DNA of 55,566 nucleotides, filler included, from Trypethelium eluteriae (GCA_051942245.1; 2 parts of 2 records of this genome joined end to end with filler, not necessarily neighbours in it); one strand, 5' to 3'. Counted from the first letter of the whole stretch, positions 1-13,128 are shown. Made by a program: numbers and translations. The notes: generated from the letters alone by a model not told the origin.

Positions 1-1035
1 GGTTGGGGAGGGGAGCGTGTCGTGGGGAGTGTGGTAGGAAAGGGGTGTCGGATTGGGAGGAACGTGCGGCTGGAGGGGGTGCATTTATGGGATGGGGTTG
101 TAGTTGGGGATGGGACTGTGGCGAAGCAGGCGATTATTGGAGAGATGGCGACTGTTGGGAAGAAATGCAGAATCGAGCCTGGAGCGTTGATCTCGTTTGG
201 GGTCGAGATTGCGGATGGAGTGACGGTCAAGGGCACGAGCAGAATTACGAGGGCTGAGACGGACGAGCACCCGAAGCCTGCCAACGACGCCAAAGTAGTG
301 GGGGAAGGAGGAGAGGGCTACGACTTCGTGGAAGACGAAGACGAAGACGATGCTCAGGACTTGGTAACATCCAGTCTAATTTATTCTTCAGCCGGTCTCG
401 CGACGTCTACAGATTCGATCTCCACCCTCAACGAGGAAGACTCAGACGATAACATATCCCAAGCTTCGGGCGCTGACACTTTCCAGCACGATGCCTCAAA
501 TAGCATCTTCGACTCGATGCAGAAGGGCGATAAGTGGGAAGATATCCAGGTCGAGCTTATGGCCCTACGTCTAAGCACCAATGCCTCCGACTATCAAGTC
601 AGGAAAGCGATCGCCGTTGCTTTCATGAAGCGTATCGAGCAACTTATGGAAGGATCAGGGCTCAGCCTCAAATCCGCCGTCGAGTCGACGCTTCAGGAAA
701 ACAAAGGGCTTATTCAACGCAACTTGGGCGACGCGGGCAAATCAGGAAAAACGGACCAAGTCGATTTACTTCTACTCATGCAAGCGGATCTCGTACATCG
801 AAAAGATGGGGATAAGATCCTCGTATTTGTGTGTACAGAGCTATACAAAGCAGATGTTCTTGAGAAAGAGGCCTTTGAGCAATGGTGGGGGGACGTGAAG
901 TCGAGTGCCGATGAGTCTATGAGAAAGGTGAGGGAAAGGACAAGGCAATTTATGGACGTCTTGGAGGAGGAAGAAGAGGATAGTAGCGACGACGAAGAAG
1001 CAGAAGAAGAAGAAAGCGAGGATGAAGACGATTGA
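1..1035 (+). CDS. GCD6: Translation initiation factor eIF2B epsilon subunit, 3' part (gene starts before the window)
   Basis: Hexapeptide left-handed beta-helix repeats (SVVGKGCRIGRNVRLEGVHLWDGVVVG), acidic linker, then a W2/HEAT domain (IQVELMALRLSTNA...LYKADVLEKEAFEQWW) and an acidic tail; stop TGA ends at 1035. Confidence 0.93.
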   Translation, partial: GWGGERVVGSVVGKGCRIGRNVRLEGVHLWDGVVVGDGTVAKQAIIGEMATVGKKCRIEPGALISFGVEIADGVTVKGTSRITRAETDEHPKPANDAKVVGEGGEGYDFVEDEDEDDAQDLVTSSLIYSSAGLATSTDSISTLNEEDSDDNISQASGADTFQHDASNSIFDSMQKGDKWEDIQVELMALRLSTNASDYQVRKAIAVAFMKRIEQLMEGSGLSLKSAVESTLQENKGLIQRNLGDAGKSGKTDQVDLLLLMQADLVHRKDGDKILVFVCTELYKADVLEKEAFEQWWGDVKSSADESMRKVRERTRQFMDVLEEEEEDSSDDEEAEEEESEDEDD

Positions 1036-1560
1036 ATTATAGAGTTAGATAGATATGCTTATCAAAAAGGAAGAAGAAAACTACTTCTATTCATGAACCC
1101 ATGGCGAAAAGATAGAATGTGACTCTGACACAAGATTGATGCCCCAACTAATGGTGGGGACCTTATTAGTCAGGCGCGTCATCGAGGTCATTGCGCCTCG
1201 ACAACGCCCTCTGACCTGTGCATCACACACTCTCTACGCTCACGGTCCCTTCTCCCCTTTTCCTGTGAGTCTTGACTCTTAACCTTTTTTTTCTTGCATG
1301 CACATTCTAAGGCACCCTCCTTAGCCGTGTTCGTTGCCTGGTCTTGTCTCAGACAAGGCACGGCAACAGCTACACTATCCACCACGCCTCCCGCTACTCG
1401 GAAACGAAAGGCAGTATCTCCCTCCTCCGCCGATACTTCACTGCCATCCGTAAACAAAGTGCACGACCAAGAACCTGCCAAGAAAGCTCTGAAGAAGTCA
1501 CCTGCTAATCACCTCAACTCTACAACCCTGCCTGCCACACCTACTCTTACTACCACCTCG

Positions 1561-3291
1561 ATGGACTCCGAGGATGAAGTAATCAGCGTTGCCTCGAGTG
1601 AGGAGATGATGGAGGACCAGGATAGCGATCTTAGCATGGGTGGAGATTGTGAGTCAACTCCAGCCTCTAACCATCAATCTTTCAGCATACTCATGACACA
1701 TAATAGACTCGGATGTTGACCTCGACGTTGACGATCCAGATGTTGGCTTCGAGACCCAAGACAAAGACATAAAACCCAAACGAAGGCCATACGAAGTGGA
1801 ATTCAATATTTACGGTCCCGCAGATATACAGTCTCACCAAGATCAGCAAATCGATGAAGTCTCTGCCATACTTGGCCAACCACCAGAAGCCACCGCAATC
1901 CTCCTAAGACACACTCGATGGAATAAAGAACGGCTCATTGAAATATATATGGACAAGCAAGACACTCTGCTCGAAGAGGCAGGTCTTGGGAAGTCATTAG
2001 CAAAGCTGCCAGAACTGAAGAAAGTCAAAGGCTTCGTCTGCGAGATCTGCTGCGAGGACGGTCCTGATCTCAAGACCTTTTCCATGAAATGTGGCCACAG
2101 ATTTTGCCTGGATTGCTATAGGCAGTATCTCGCCCAGAAAATCCAGGAAGAAGGCGAAGCGGCTCGGATAAAGTGTCCCGGCGATGGGTGCAACAAGATA
2201 GTTGACTCCAAATCCCTTGATCTCTTAGTGACTGAAGATCTGAAAGACAGGTTTGTCTTATAGTATCTCCTGTCACAGTTCCTACTAATTGCTGCATCAG
2301 GTATCAAGTGTTGCTAACGCGAACCTATGTTGACGACAAAGAAAACCTCAAATGGTGCCCAGCGCCAAACTGTGAATACGCAGTCGATTGTCGTGTGAAA
2401 CAGCGCGACCTTAACAAAACCGTTCCTACCGTACACTGCACCTGTGGACACCACTTTTGCTTTGGATGCACATTGAACGATCACCAGCCTGCACCATGCT
2501 CGTTGGTGAAGAAGTGGCTGAAGAAATGCGAGGATGACTCTGAGACAGCTAATTGGATCTCAGCAAACACGAAAGAATGTCCTAAGTGCCACTCCACCAT
2601 CGAAAAGAATGGTGGCTGCAACCACATGACCTGCCGCAAGTGCAAACACGAGTTTTGCTGGATGTGCATGGGCGTCTGGTCTGAACACGGCACGAGCTGG
2701 TACAACTGCAACAGATTCGAAGAAAAGAGCGGATCTGAGGCGCGAGACGCCCAAGCCAAGTCCCGGCAGTCGTTGGAGCGCTACCTCCACTATTACAATA
2801 GGTATGCGAACCACGAGCAGTCGGCCAAGCTCGACAAGGACATCTACCTCAAGACAGAGAAGAAGATGACGCAGCTGCAATCCAGCTCAGGCATGTCCTG
2901 GATCGAAGTGCAGTTCCTCGACGCCGCGTCGCAGGCGCTGCAGCAGTGCCGGCAGACGCTGAAATGGACGTACGCATTCGCGTACTACCTCGCGCGCAAC
3001 AACCTGACGGAGATCTTCGAGGACAACCAGAAGGACCTCGAGCTCGCGGTCGAGAACCTGAGCGAGATGTTCGAGAAGCCGACGGACCAGCTGTCCGGGC
3101 TGAAGGTGGAGATGATGGACAAGACGGCGTACTGCACGCGCCGGCGGATCATCCTGCTGAGCGACACGGCGGAGAATCTCAAGAACGGTGGGGCTCACTC
3201 TCTTCGCTTGCGTCCGGGATCGTTTGACTGATTCGAGAAATTGCTTTTTCTGTGCGCTGCAGGTTCCTGGCACTTTAATGTCGAGCTATGA
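1561..3291 (+). CDS. HEL1: Ariadne-type RBR E3 ubiquitin ligase (HEL1/ARI1-like), 4 exons (~1561-1648, 1707-2250, 2301-3187, 3263-3291)
   Basis: Acidic N-terminus, UBA-like LLRHTRWNKERLIE, RING1 CEICC...CGHRFCLDC, IBR WCPAPNC...CTCGHHFCFGC, RING2 CPKCHSTIEKNGGCNHMTC, Ariadne domain (ERYLHYYNRYANH). GT-AG introns join the frames. Confidence 0.93.
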
Positions 3292-4486
3292 GGATGGCAT
3301 GACCTTCCTTTTTTTTTCCGGACTAGAACGGCACGGTTCTCTCATGACTTCTTGTTTCCTCTAATGGCGGGTCTATCCGAAACGCGGCCCGGGCCAGGCC
3401 AGTAGCTCTTGCGGGATTGAGAATTGCTTCTCGGTTCCACGATGTCCCGGGATTGCCTTGATTGCTGGATGGCACATGTTTCCCGTGTGTCACGAAGAGG
3501 AAATACTGGTGCCGGTATCCGAAGCGACGTCCATCACGTTGTCATGCACGCATTAGGTCTCGAGCGAGTTTAAAGGCGAATTTCGAGCGGGGTTGTTTGT
3601 GCTATCTACCAGATTTGTGGGCGTATAGAGTGGGTAAGGGAAATAGGCAGGGTGCGGCTTTCGGCTGACAGGATGATTGGCGCATGAAAGCATGAGCAGA
3701 CGGGGACGCAATGCTGGTGTAGGCATCTTACCGGCGGTTCTTTGCTCATCTCGTATGCTGTGAATGTTACATAAAGGTCAATTCATGCGTTGAGTCTCGA
3801 CCCTGACAGATCATTTAGAACTTCCAAGTTGTCTACTACATTACTATGCGATCGCGATCCAATACGGCAGGATAGCGGAGCATTACGAAAAGTGGGCGCT
3901 CAAGCATCAGACTTTGTCTGCATCCGGCCAAAGAAACCCAAATCATAGTGAATCATCATGAGCAAGCGAGGGCGTGCCATGTTCCCTGGCAGTTTACTAG
4001 ACTATGATACGTCAAAGATGCTTGTCGGGATCTGCTAATCTAGCTTAGCTGTGCAGGCATGTCGAAACCGCCATCTGTCTGGGGATCAAGGTCTTGTAAC
4101 CATTCCTATTTCAGAAGTATTCGAAGCTTCGGTAGTGCCCATCACCTCCACTTTATCCAGGATCCGCGCACCTTGCTCGTTTTTCATAAAAGTCTAATAC
4201 TGATGTACTCGGAAATGTGTGCATCCGCACCCGTTGCACGGGTTTGCAAGACCGTGTCGTAACCGAGCAGTGGCCTGAATTACCTTGGGCATGGCCGGTT
4301 CACCGGAGACCGGAACGAGTTGTTGGCAAGGAAGGCATAGTTCCCTGTTACCGGATACAGAGCTACTGTTGTTATATGGGCAAAGGGACGCTTGTTGCGA
4401 GAATATCAGCCATTCAGTAAGTAGGTTTCTTCGTTCAGCCAGCCAGTGCCTGAATTCAAATTTCTATCACTCCACGGACTCTCATT

Positions 4487-6128
4487 ATGGCTTCATCAGA
4501 CCCTTTATTCGAGCTTCCAGTCTTTCACATTCCAGTTGATACTGGTCTCTTATTCAGATTTCTCGGCGTTGTAGCCTTTCTTGTCCTCATTATCGGATAT
4601 GCCGTGGTCATCAACCGTGAGAAGTTGCATCCGGAGTTTGAAACAATTGGGTTCGAAAAGGGCAGCATTTCATTCAGCAAAGCGAAAAACGACTTCGTAG
4701 CGCAGGGGCGAGAATTACTCTTTGCAGGTCTGCGAAAATTCCAGGGCCCCTTTCAGGTTATCTCGGCCTCAGGACCCACAATTGTTTTTCCCAGTCGATA
4801 TGCAAACGAGCTGAAGAAGCATGACAAGAATTTGAGCTTTGATGGATTTATTAAACGAGAGTTCTTTCCACATGTTCCAGGCTTTGAAGGACCTGGAGTT
4901 TCTGTGCATAGCAGGATCATCCAAGATTCAGTTCGAACCAAGCTGACTCAGTCACTGAACCTCATCACCAAAGACTTATGCGACGAGACTGAATCCACAC
5001 TCCATGACATGTTTGGTGAAAGCCAGGACTGGAATTCGTGCTATTTCCAGCGCATCTGTCCCGACCTTGTTGCACGCCTTTCATCACGCGTCTTCTTGGG
5101 CCCTGTCGTGGCTCGCAACAAGGAATGGCTTCAAATTGCGGTCGATTACACGATCAGTCTGATGAAAGCACAAAGAGTATTGCGCCTTTGGCCATCTCTT
5201 CTTGTACCACTCGTTCATCACTTCATTCCCGAATGCCGCGAACTGCGAACTCAGAGCCAAGCAGGCCGACGGATCATAGATGGCGAGATCAAGCGCCGGC
5301 GGGTCAAGTGGGCAGAGGACATCAAGAATGGCAGAAAAGTCTCCAAGACGGCTGATTCATTGGGATGGATGCAAGAGATGAGCCAAGGACGACCGTTTGA
5401 TATGGCTGCTGGGCAGCTAGGGTTGACCTTCGCGGCCATTCATACCACGAGTGACCTTCTCACTAAAGTCTTGTTCCAATTATGCAAAAAACCTAAATAT
5501 ATTCAGGCGCTTAGGGAGGAGATGATCTCGGTCCTTAGCAAGGATGGATGGAAGAAGACGAGTCTTTATCAGATGAAGTTACTGGATAGCACCTTGAAGG
5601 AGACTCAGAGACTGGAACCTCCCTCCATAGGTAAGCTTCTCATCGAGGCGTAACGTATAGGAAGACAAGCTTACGACCTGTAAAACAGTCACCTCCGCGC
5701 GAGTTGCGATGACGCCTGTCATCCTTGATGGCAGGAAAATTCCTGAGGGGACTCACCTAAAGGTTGTGACCGATGCCAATTATGATGCCGACATCTATCC
5801 CGATCCTGAAACTTTTGATCCATATCGCTTCCTGAAGCTTCGCGAGCAGCCCGGTCAGGAGAACAATTGGCAATTTGTCACTCCATGTCCGGAGTCTCTT
5901 GGCTTTGGCCACGGCGTGCATGCCTGTCCCGGCCGCTTTTTTGCTTCCAATGAAGTGAAGATCGCACTTTGCTGGATGCTGTTGAAATATGATTGGAGAT
6001 TGGAAGAAGGCACAACCCCGCAAAATATCTGGGTTGGGACAGAGGTCATCGCCGATCCAAATTTGAAAGTAATGTACCGGCGTCGAACGGAAGAGATTGA
6101 TCTGGTGGGATTGCTTGACAAGGAATAA
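4487..6128 (+). CDS. Cytochrome P450 monooxygenase (secondary-metabolism type, similar to terpenoid/ent-kaurene oxidase-like fungal P450s), intron 5631-5688
   Basis: N-terminal TM helix, I-helix FAAIHTT, K-helix ETQR, PETFDPYRF, heme motif FGHGVHACPGRFFA; the GTAAGC...AACAG intron restores the frame. Confidence 0.92.
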
Positions 6129-6413
6129 AAGTAATGCCTGGGGTAAGTCAATTGTACGGCAGTTTTGGCTATTCATAAGTACATTTTCGAAAGGAACCCG
6201 AGGGCAGGAAGTCCCGTGATTCCAGAACAAAATTCTGAGGATTACACAAGCATGTATAGGCTTGTCTATATGAAATTGAATAACAATGAGAATCTTAGTA
6301 CAATACAAACCCATAAGTTAATATACAAGTGCTCACCTGTAACACGATCCAACGAGTTCTTTGAGTCCAGCCAAACCAGCAAGCAAATCCACAAAATTCC
6401 TTTTCCTATCCAT

Positions 6414-7921
6414 CTATAAGAACTTCTTCGGTGCATTAGCTCGACGTCTCTTATACACGATATAGCTCCCCGCCAGCATGACCTGAAACGCGATAACCAC
6501 AAACAGGAAGAAGCCCATCCGCGGCGCCGACGACGAAATCACTATGGAAAACCACAACGTTAGCACATCTCTTCGCCAGAAACCAATGTACAGAATAGCA
6601 ATGAAGAAGAGCCAAGAGAAGGGAGGAAAGGGAAAGGGAAAGGGAAAGTAAAAAAAAAAGAAAAAAAGAAAAGAAAAAAGAAACACTCACTCCCCGGCAA
6701 ACTCCCCATCAAGCCCTCCCTCGTCTCCCGAATGCTCGAATGTAGATTCGCCAAATGCTCGCTATAGTCCTTCCCCTCGACATCGCGCTTGATGTCAGTG
6801 ACAGCGCGCTCGATGCTCTCGACGCGCTTGGCGACATCGTCCAGCTTCGCGTGGCTGCCGCTGCCGCTGCTCTGCTGCGTCGACTGCATCGCGCGCACCT
6901 GCTGGATCAGCGAGCCGTGCCGCTCGTCGAGGCTCTGCACGAGCTGCTGCAGCTGCGAGGCGAGCGACTCCGTCTGTTGCGTGAGGTGTTGGAGGCGGGA
7001 GTTGACGTCCGTGAGGTCGATGTTGGCGGGGGCGGCTTGGTTTTGTTGTTGCTGTTGCGAAGGGGGTTGTGAGGCGGGAGGAGGCTGTTGCTGCTGGGAC
7101 GGAGGTTGCTGTTGTTGTTGTTGTTGTTGAGGGGAGGAGGTGGAGGAGAGGGTGAATTTGCTGACTTCGAAGGAGTCGGGGGTTTCGGCGCTGCCGGCGG
7201 TGATGCCGAAGTAGTAGCCTCCGTGGGGGAGGTTGACCTGATCCATGGATTAGATAATGCTGTAATCTCGTTTCGAATGAGAGATGTGATATCGTACCTT
7301 GTCACTCGCAAAGCAGACCTTGTCGTCCACGGAAACTTTCAGTCCGCCGTTTGTGCTTTGGACCTTCAGATTGCTGAACCGGCCTAGATTTCTGTATGGA
7401 TAATCGCAGTGCCCAAAAGCTAGACTATCAACGCTGGTATGGCTTTTATAGTCGACGCCTCCATCATTCAAAAACCCCCTCAGCCCACCTCCTCTGCCTC
7501 CGTACTGATCCAACATCAACGCCAGCCCATCGAACGGCCCCGTTGTATAGACACTACTTCTGCCCACTGCTTGTTCTCCATTCTTTACGAACCACAGTTG
7601 TAGATTACCACCTCCCCGTTCCGGCCCTGAGGCGCGAAACTCGAGACTCGCCGTCCACTCTGGATAGTCGGCAGGTGAATCTGTCCAAAGAGCGCCTCGT
7701 CGATTGCCGGGATACGGAGGCGTGAGCATCACACGATCTGAGAGAACCTGAGGATCGCCGCCTTCGCCGGAAATGTGGAAATTGGGGATGACTTGGCCGC
7801 CGGGAGAGAGAGGTTCTTTGTGACCGAAACTGAGAGAGTCGATGAAGGAGTCGGCGGAGGAGAGGGAGGCTGAGAAAAGGAAATAGGCGACAAGCCGTAT
7901 GCTCCATATTGAGCGTACCAT
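6414..7921 (-). CDS. EMP47: L-type (legume-like) lectin ER-Golgi cargo receptor, EMP46/EMP47/ERGIC-53 family, 3 exons
   Basis: Signal peptide, lectin domain (LTPPYPGNRRGALW, FDGLAL, SLAFGHCDYPYRN, YFGITA), polyQ linker, coiled coil, C-terminal TM helix and dilysine tail APKKFL*. Confidence 0.88.
6620..6682. repeat. (GGAAAG)n and A-rich low-complexity tract inside the EMP47 intron
   Basis: ggaaagggaaagggaaagggaaag followed by A-rich runs, read directly from the sequence. Confidence 0.8.
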
Positions 7922-8443
7922 TTTGTAGAATGCGTATGGGGGTCAGTTGCGAGCTGACCAGGACCAGAAAGTAGTGGACGAGTCAAGATAAATTATGTAG
8001 GTGAAGGATAGGAGTCTGGTATTGATGATTGGTAGTGCAGCACCCTCGGGGATGTTGTCAGATGGTATCAGGAGTGAATTCGAATTAATTGGACCTTGGA
8101 GGTCGTCGCTGATCCAGACAAGTTCGTACAATAAGTGTAATGCCAGCGACCACCGTAACAGCAATGATACAGTTCCGAATTTCTTTGACTATGTCGACAG
8201 CGGCCGACGGAACTCTTATCTCGTGAAAATGAACGGCTTCGTGAGTGACATGAACGGAACCGGCGTGGTTCAGCTTGAAATTTTCCATTTATATCTGGAG
8301 ATTGTTGCTACGTTTATTGCATCCAGGTGTTGTCGAGCTCTGGGGTCGGCGCACTCCGATTGGCTGAACGCGTTTCTACCTTACTCTAGCACGCATCTCC
8401 TCTTCGCCTTCGTCGACATCACCGCAACCACCATCACTTCACC

Positions 8444-9529
8444 ATGTCCGGACCTAGCCCCCAGGAGACGTGGCGCAGATTAAACCAGGGCCTTCAGCAA
8501 GCCCAACGTCGATTCGGTCAGGGAGGTGGTGGACCAGGACCACGAGGTGCCTTTGGAGGAGTTGCAGGCCTACTTCTGCTGGGAGGAGGAGCATGGTTTT
8601 TCTCGAATGCGCTTTACAACGGTATGTTTCGTCTGTGATGGTATACAAGAGTGCGCTGACAATATCAGTTGATGGTGGTCACAGAGCTATCAAATATACC
8701 AGAGTAGGAGGTGTACAGAAGGAAATCTACAGCGAAGGTATGACAATTAGTTCTGGACATGTAGAATTTTCTTCTGACAATATGTCCAGGAACTCACATC
8801 CGTATCCCTTGGTTTGAGTCTCCCGTCATTTACGATGTCCGCGCCAAACCTCGCAATGTCGCCTCTCTTACCGGCACCAAAGATCTCCAAATGGTAAACA
8901 TAACATGCCGTGTACTATCACGACCCCGAGTCGATGCCCTACCACAAATATACCGCACACTAGGCGTTGATTACGACGAGCGAGTACTGCCCTCAATTGT
9001 GAACGAGGTGCTCAAAAGCGTGGTTGCCCAGTTCAATGCGAGTCAGTTGATCACTCAACGTGAGAACGTGAGCAGACTGGTCAGAGACAACTTGGTGAAG
9101 AGAGCTGCGAGATTCAATATCATGCTGGATGATGTATCGTTGACAGTAAGTGTTCCTTCGCAAATCAAACAAAGTCAATGCTAATATCCCGTTCAGCACC
9201 TTGCCTTCTCACCTGAGTTCACCGCCGCAGTCGAGGCCAAACAAGTCGCACAACAAGAAGCTCAACGCGCTGCTTTCGTCGTTGATAAAGCTCGACAAGA
9301 AAAGCAAGCTATGGTTGTCCGCGCCACTGGTGAAGCCCGCTCTGCCGAGCTTATTGGCGATGCCATCAAGAAATCCCGCAGCTACGTTGACCTCAGAGAA
9401 TTTGAGAATGCTAAGAATATTGCCACCATCTTGGAGCGCAGTCAGAATAAGGTGTATCTCGATGCAGGTGGATTAGGGCTCAACATCAGCCAAAGCAGCG
9501 CGGACAAAGCCAAGAGGGAAGGAAAGTGA
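8444..9529 (+). CDS. PHB2: Prohibitin-2, 4 exons
   Basis: [88 protein letters not shown]; assembled across three GT-AG introns. Confidence 0.95.
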
Positions 9530-9700
9530 ACAAGGTAGTAGGGCAAGGGGAGCTAAACAGGAGCACTCAAAACACCATGTATTACTTTCGGCTGTTAACG
9601 CTGCTTCAATGGGGCAGGAACTGTCCTCCTTTGTAAATATTGAGCGTGCATGTAGGAACATGAATTTCGTCGCCTCTCTTAGTTTATCCTCATGTCCTCG

Positions 9701-10642
9701 CTATAGATATACTCTTCCCTCCATCACTTTTACAGCACTTCCTTCGAGAGTCACGTTTCCGATGCCTCCTACTTCTGTCATCGTAATCGTCAATCGAATC
9801 TCGCTCTTCCTGCCCATCTCGACCCCTTGCGTGACGCAATATTTGATCTTCTGTCCCCCAGCGTATTTCCCCTGCATAGAAAGAAAGGACGTCAGAGCAC
9901 TGGCTGCGGAGCCTGTTGCAGGATCTTCCAAAATTCCCTTGATCAATCTAGTCCGCAGATTAACAGTGCCATCTTCCGACTCCGGCAACCGGACGTAATA
10001 GTAGCAGAGGCCGTGGAGGTCGCACCAGCCTTCGTCAAGCTCGACGTCGGCCATCTCAGAGCCTGTGCTGAGAGCGCCAAGCGCGTCTAAGTCTGGGAGC
10101 TGGATCAATGGGAAAGTCATTCCTTTGACGATGGAAAAGACAGGAAACTCTGGCGACAGATCGGTTTGCCCATTCCTTTTCAATGTGTGCAAAGCCGGCT
10201 GGATTCGGTAGAGATCTGAAACTCCCAATGTTGCCTGGTGAAGACGCACGTTGTGTGGGATTGACGCCGATGCTCTCTTATTTTCATATACAAGATCAAC
10301 GGGTCCGGCTTTAATCGAGAATTTGCCTTGCGTCAGCGTGTTGGTGTCTTTGGCCAAGTCCCCAAGGGCGAAACAGGCTGTTCCAATCGTCGGATGCCCT
10401 GCAAATGGAATCTCGCGGTCCTTGGTAAAGATATCGACAGTCCAGTGATTTTGGGATCCTCCTTCCACTCTCTCATGGATAAAGGTAGTCTCCGAGTAAT
10501 TGAACTCTCTTGCAATCCGCTGTTTCTGCTCCTGTGTGACCGACACGGATTGGGGCACCTTCACGACGGCAAGAGGATTACCAGCGAATCTTGTCTGAGT
10601 GAAGACGTCCAATGTGACGTATTCTAAGCTTTGGTTACCCAT
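9701..10642 (-). CDS. PhzF/PhzC-family (diaminopimelate-epimerase-fold) isomerase
   Basis: DVFT...FAGNPLAVV, IAREFNYSETTF, EIPFAGHPTIG, EDPATGSAA, QGVEMGR motifs; single ORF of 313 aa. Confidence 0.92.
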   Translation of the reverse strand: MGNQSLEYVTLDVFTQTRFAGNPLAVVKVPQSVSVTQEQKQRIAREFNYSETTFIHERVEGGSQNHWTVDIFTKDREIPFAGHPTIGTACFALGDLAKDTNTLTQGKFSIKAGPVDLVYENKRASASIPHNVRLHQATLGVSDLYRIQPALHTLKRNGQTDLSPEFPVFSIVKGMTFPLIQLPDLDALGALSTGSEMADVELDEGWCDLHGLCYYYVRLPESEDGTVNLRTRLIKGILEDPATGSAASALTSFLSMQGKYAGGQKIKYCVTQGVEMGRKSEIRLTITMTEVGGIGNVTLEGSAVKVMEGRVYL

Positions 10643-11202
10643 ATTTTACCGACGATAGGAGAAAACACGGCCCCGACTTTCGGGGAGACGAAGTAATCAA
10701 TGACTCAATTTCACTGAATGTGCAGTCTCTGTAGATGACTTTGAGAGTCTCTGATTGACTCGGAGACGAAATATCCTCCCTACCTCTTGTTTGTAAGAGT
10801 CATGATATGAAAATAGTCTACCCCATTTCCTCCCGCAGACATGGAAAGGCCAAAGGCCATGGCGTGGGACCACTAAGATTTAAGCGGTTGTGGAATTTGG
10901 TGAACCTTTGCCGATTGGGGGGTGGACCTTTAAAGCTTTCAAGAGCTTACCTAAGTAGCGATCACGCAATATAAATTTTCGTACGATGCGAATACTCACT
11001 GTTTCTGCAGTGTTAACATATGTTCGCACTTGGTCTAAATAAGAATAAAGGTTGAAACGGGAGTATTTCGCCAGATGTTGGAGTGCTCAACAGATTTGCT
11101 ATCAATTTCTGGAACCGAGAACTTAGAAGATCAGGTACTTGATGTAGAACATCTCCATCAACAGAGCTACCCATATATCTAACATTCTTACATCTTTTCC
11201 AC

Positions 11203-12879
11203 ATGGCTCGTTTCATAGAGGACGAATCTCATATACCCGCCTTCCACATCCGATCAGTCGCCATCATTGGAGCCGGCCCATCAGGCGTTACAGCAGCAAA
11301 GTAGGTGCACATGGGGTCCGATCAATTCGGAACAAGCTATCAAGCTATTGAATATCTTTTCACATCTCGATCAGGTATCTACTTGCAGAGAAATGGTTTC
11401 ATCGTATCGTCATCTTCGAGCAGAGGAACAATGTTGGCGGAATATGGAACTACACTCCAGATGATGACCTAGCCAAAGCCGAGGCACAAGCTCAAAGCAT
11501 TCCACAGACAAGTCCGATTGCACCACTAGAGAAGCCAGTATGGCGGCCGAGGGACGTTGGAAACCTATTTGGGAGTGTGGGAGAAAAAGAAGCCACTTTT
11601 GCTTCTGCTCTTTATGATGACTTGGAAAGCAACATTCCCAAAGAGTTGATGGAGTACCCGGACTACCCCTTTAACCAAGATTTAGAGTTGTTCCCGGAAC
11701 GAAAAGAAGTGTTGAACTATTTAGAGGACTATGCACAGGATGTTCGTCATATGATAAGATTCCAGACACAAATTCTCGACGTACGTAAATTGTCGAAGGA
11801 TAGTTGGACCGTAAAGTCTCGAGAGCTGCGGAGCGGACAGGAGACAGATGAGCAGTACGATGCTGTTCTAATTGCCAGCGGCCATTTCAGTGTACCCTAT
11901 GTTCCAGCAATAGATGGCCTGGAGGAATGGCATAAGAGATATCCGGAGTCCCTCAGTCATTCTAAATTTTACCGAAGACCAGACGACTACAAGGGAAAGG
12001 TGAGGAACCCAAGTACTACGAGTCAAATCCTCAGGCAACCTGGTGCAGCAGAGAGACTGACTGCTTCCCTAGAAGGTTATCGTAGTAGGGAATAGTGCCT
12101 CTGGCCTCGACATTGGAAGTCAAATCGCTACTGTCTGCCAGATCCCGCTCCTGGTCTCTCAGCGCTCTGAATCCTATCTTTCTCCAGGTGCTACGCCAGA
12201 TAAATTGGAGCTACCAGAAATCGCCCGATTGGATGCCGCTGCTCGCACTGCTACCTTCTCAAATGGTCATGAAGAAGTTGGAATTGATGCAATACTCTTC
12301 TGCACCGGTTACTTCCACAGTCTTCCTTTCTTGTCGTCGGTCCAGCCGCCTTTAATCGGTGACGGCAGTCGAGTTCATAATCTGTATCAGCACATCTTTT
12401 GGCGTCCAGACCCAACTTTGGCATTTTTGGTCTTGAATCAAAAGGTCACACCCTTTCCTGTTGCTCAGGCCCAGGCTGGAGTGGTATCACGCGTTTGGTC
12501 CAATCGACTAAGGCTGCCCGCCGAGAAGGATATGGAAAACTGGGAAGCCGCAGTGATCCGGGAGCGAGGGTCAGGGAAGATGTTTCATGTCCTGCAATAC
12601 CCTAATGATGCTGGGTACATCAGTGGGCTGTGGGGCTGGGCTCAATCAGCGCACCGCAGAGAAGGTTTAGAGCGAGATGGTAACGGGAAAGAGACCCCTT
12701 GCTGGGGTTTGAGAGAATTCTGGCTGAGGGAGAGATTTCCTGTCATAAGGAAGGCATATCGAGCTGTTGGAGTATCCAGAATTCACATCAAGACTGTCGA
12801 GCAGCTTGGTTTTGACTTTGATGCTTTTTATAAAGGCGAGGATGGAGAGGCAACGGAAACACCCAAATCTTCGTTGTAG
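11203..12879 (+). CDS. FMO1: Flavin-containing (thiol-specific-type) monooxygenase, FMO1-like, 3 exons (introns ~11301-11374 and ~12000-12072)
   Basis: VAIIGAGPSG FAD motif, FEQR...GGIWNY, LYDDLESNIP, ASGHFSVP, FMO-identifying HSKFYR, VVGNSASG NADPH motif, FCTGY. Confidence 0.88.
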
Positions 12880-13128
12880 ACACTATGTTGGCTGAACGTA
12901 GACATTTCATGACGTCGGTGAAGAGATTGCGCAGATGCATTGGGACAATTCTCATTAGGCGCTACCGGAAGCCTGAAAGAATGCAGCTCAAGGCCACGAT
13001 TCGATCATTCCCTCGAGCGTGATTTTACCAATCAGAGAGTCGAATAACACTGGATATTCGCTGAGAGCTGCTGCAGTGTATACATGCAGAGTCTCCCAAG
13101 ATTCCCATTCGATGAAGGGTAAGATCAA

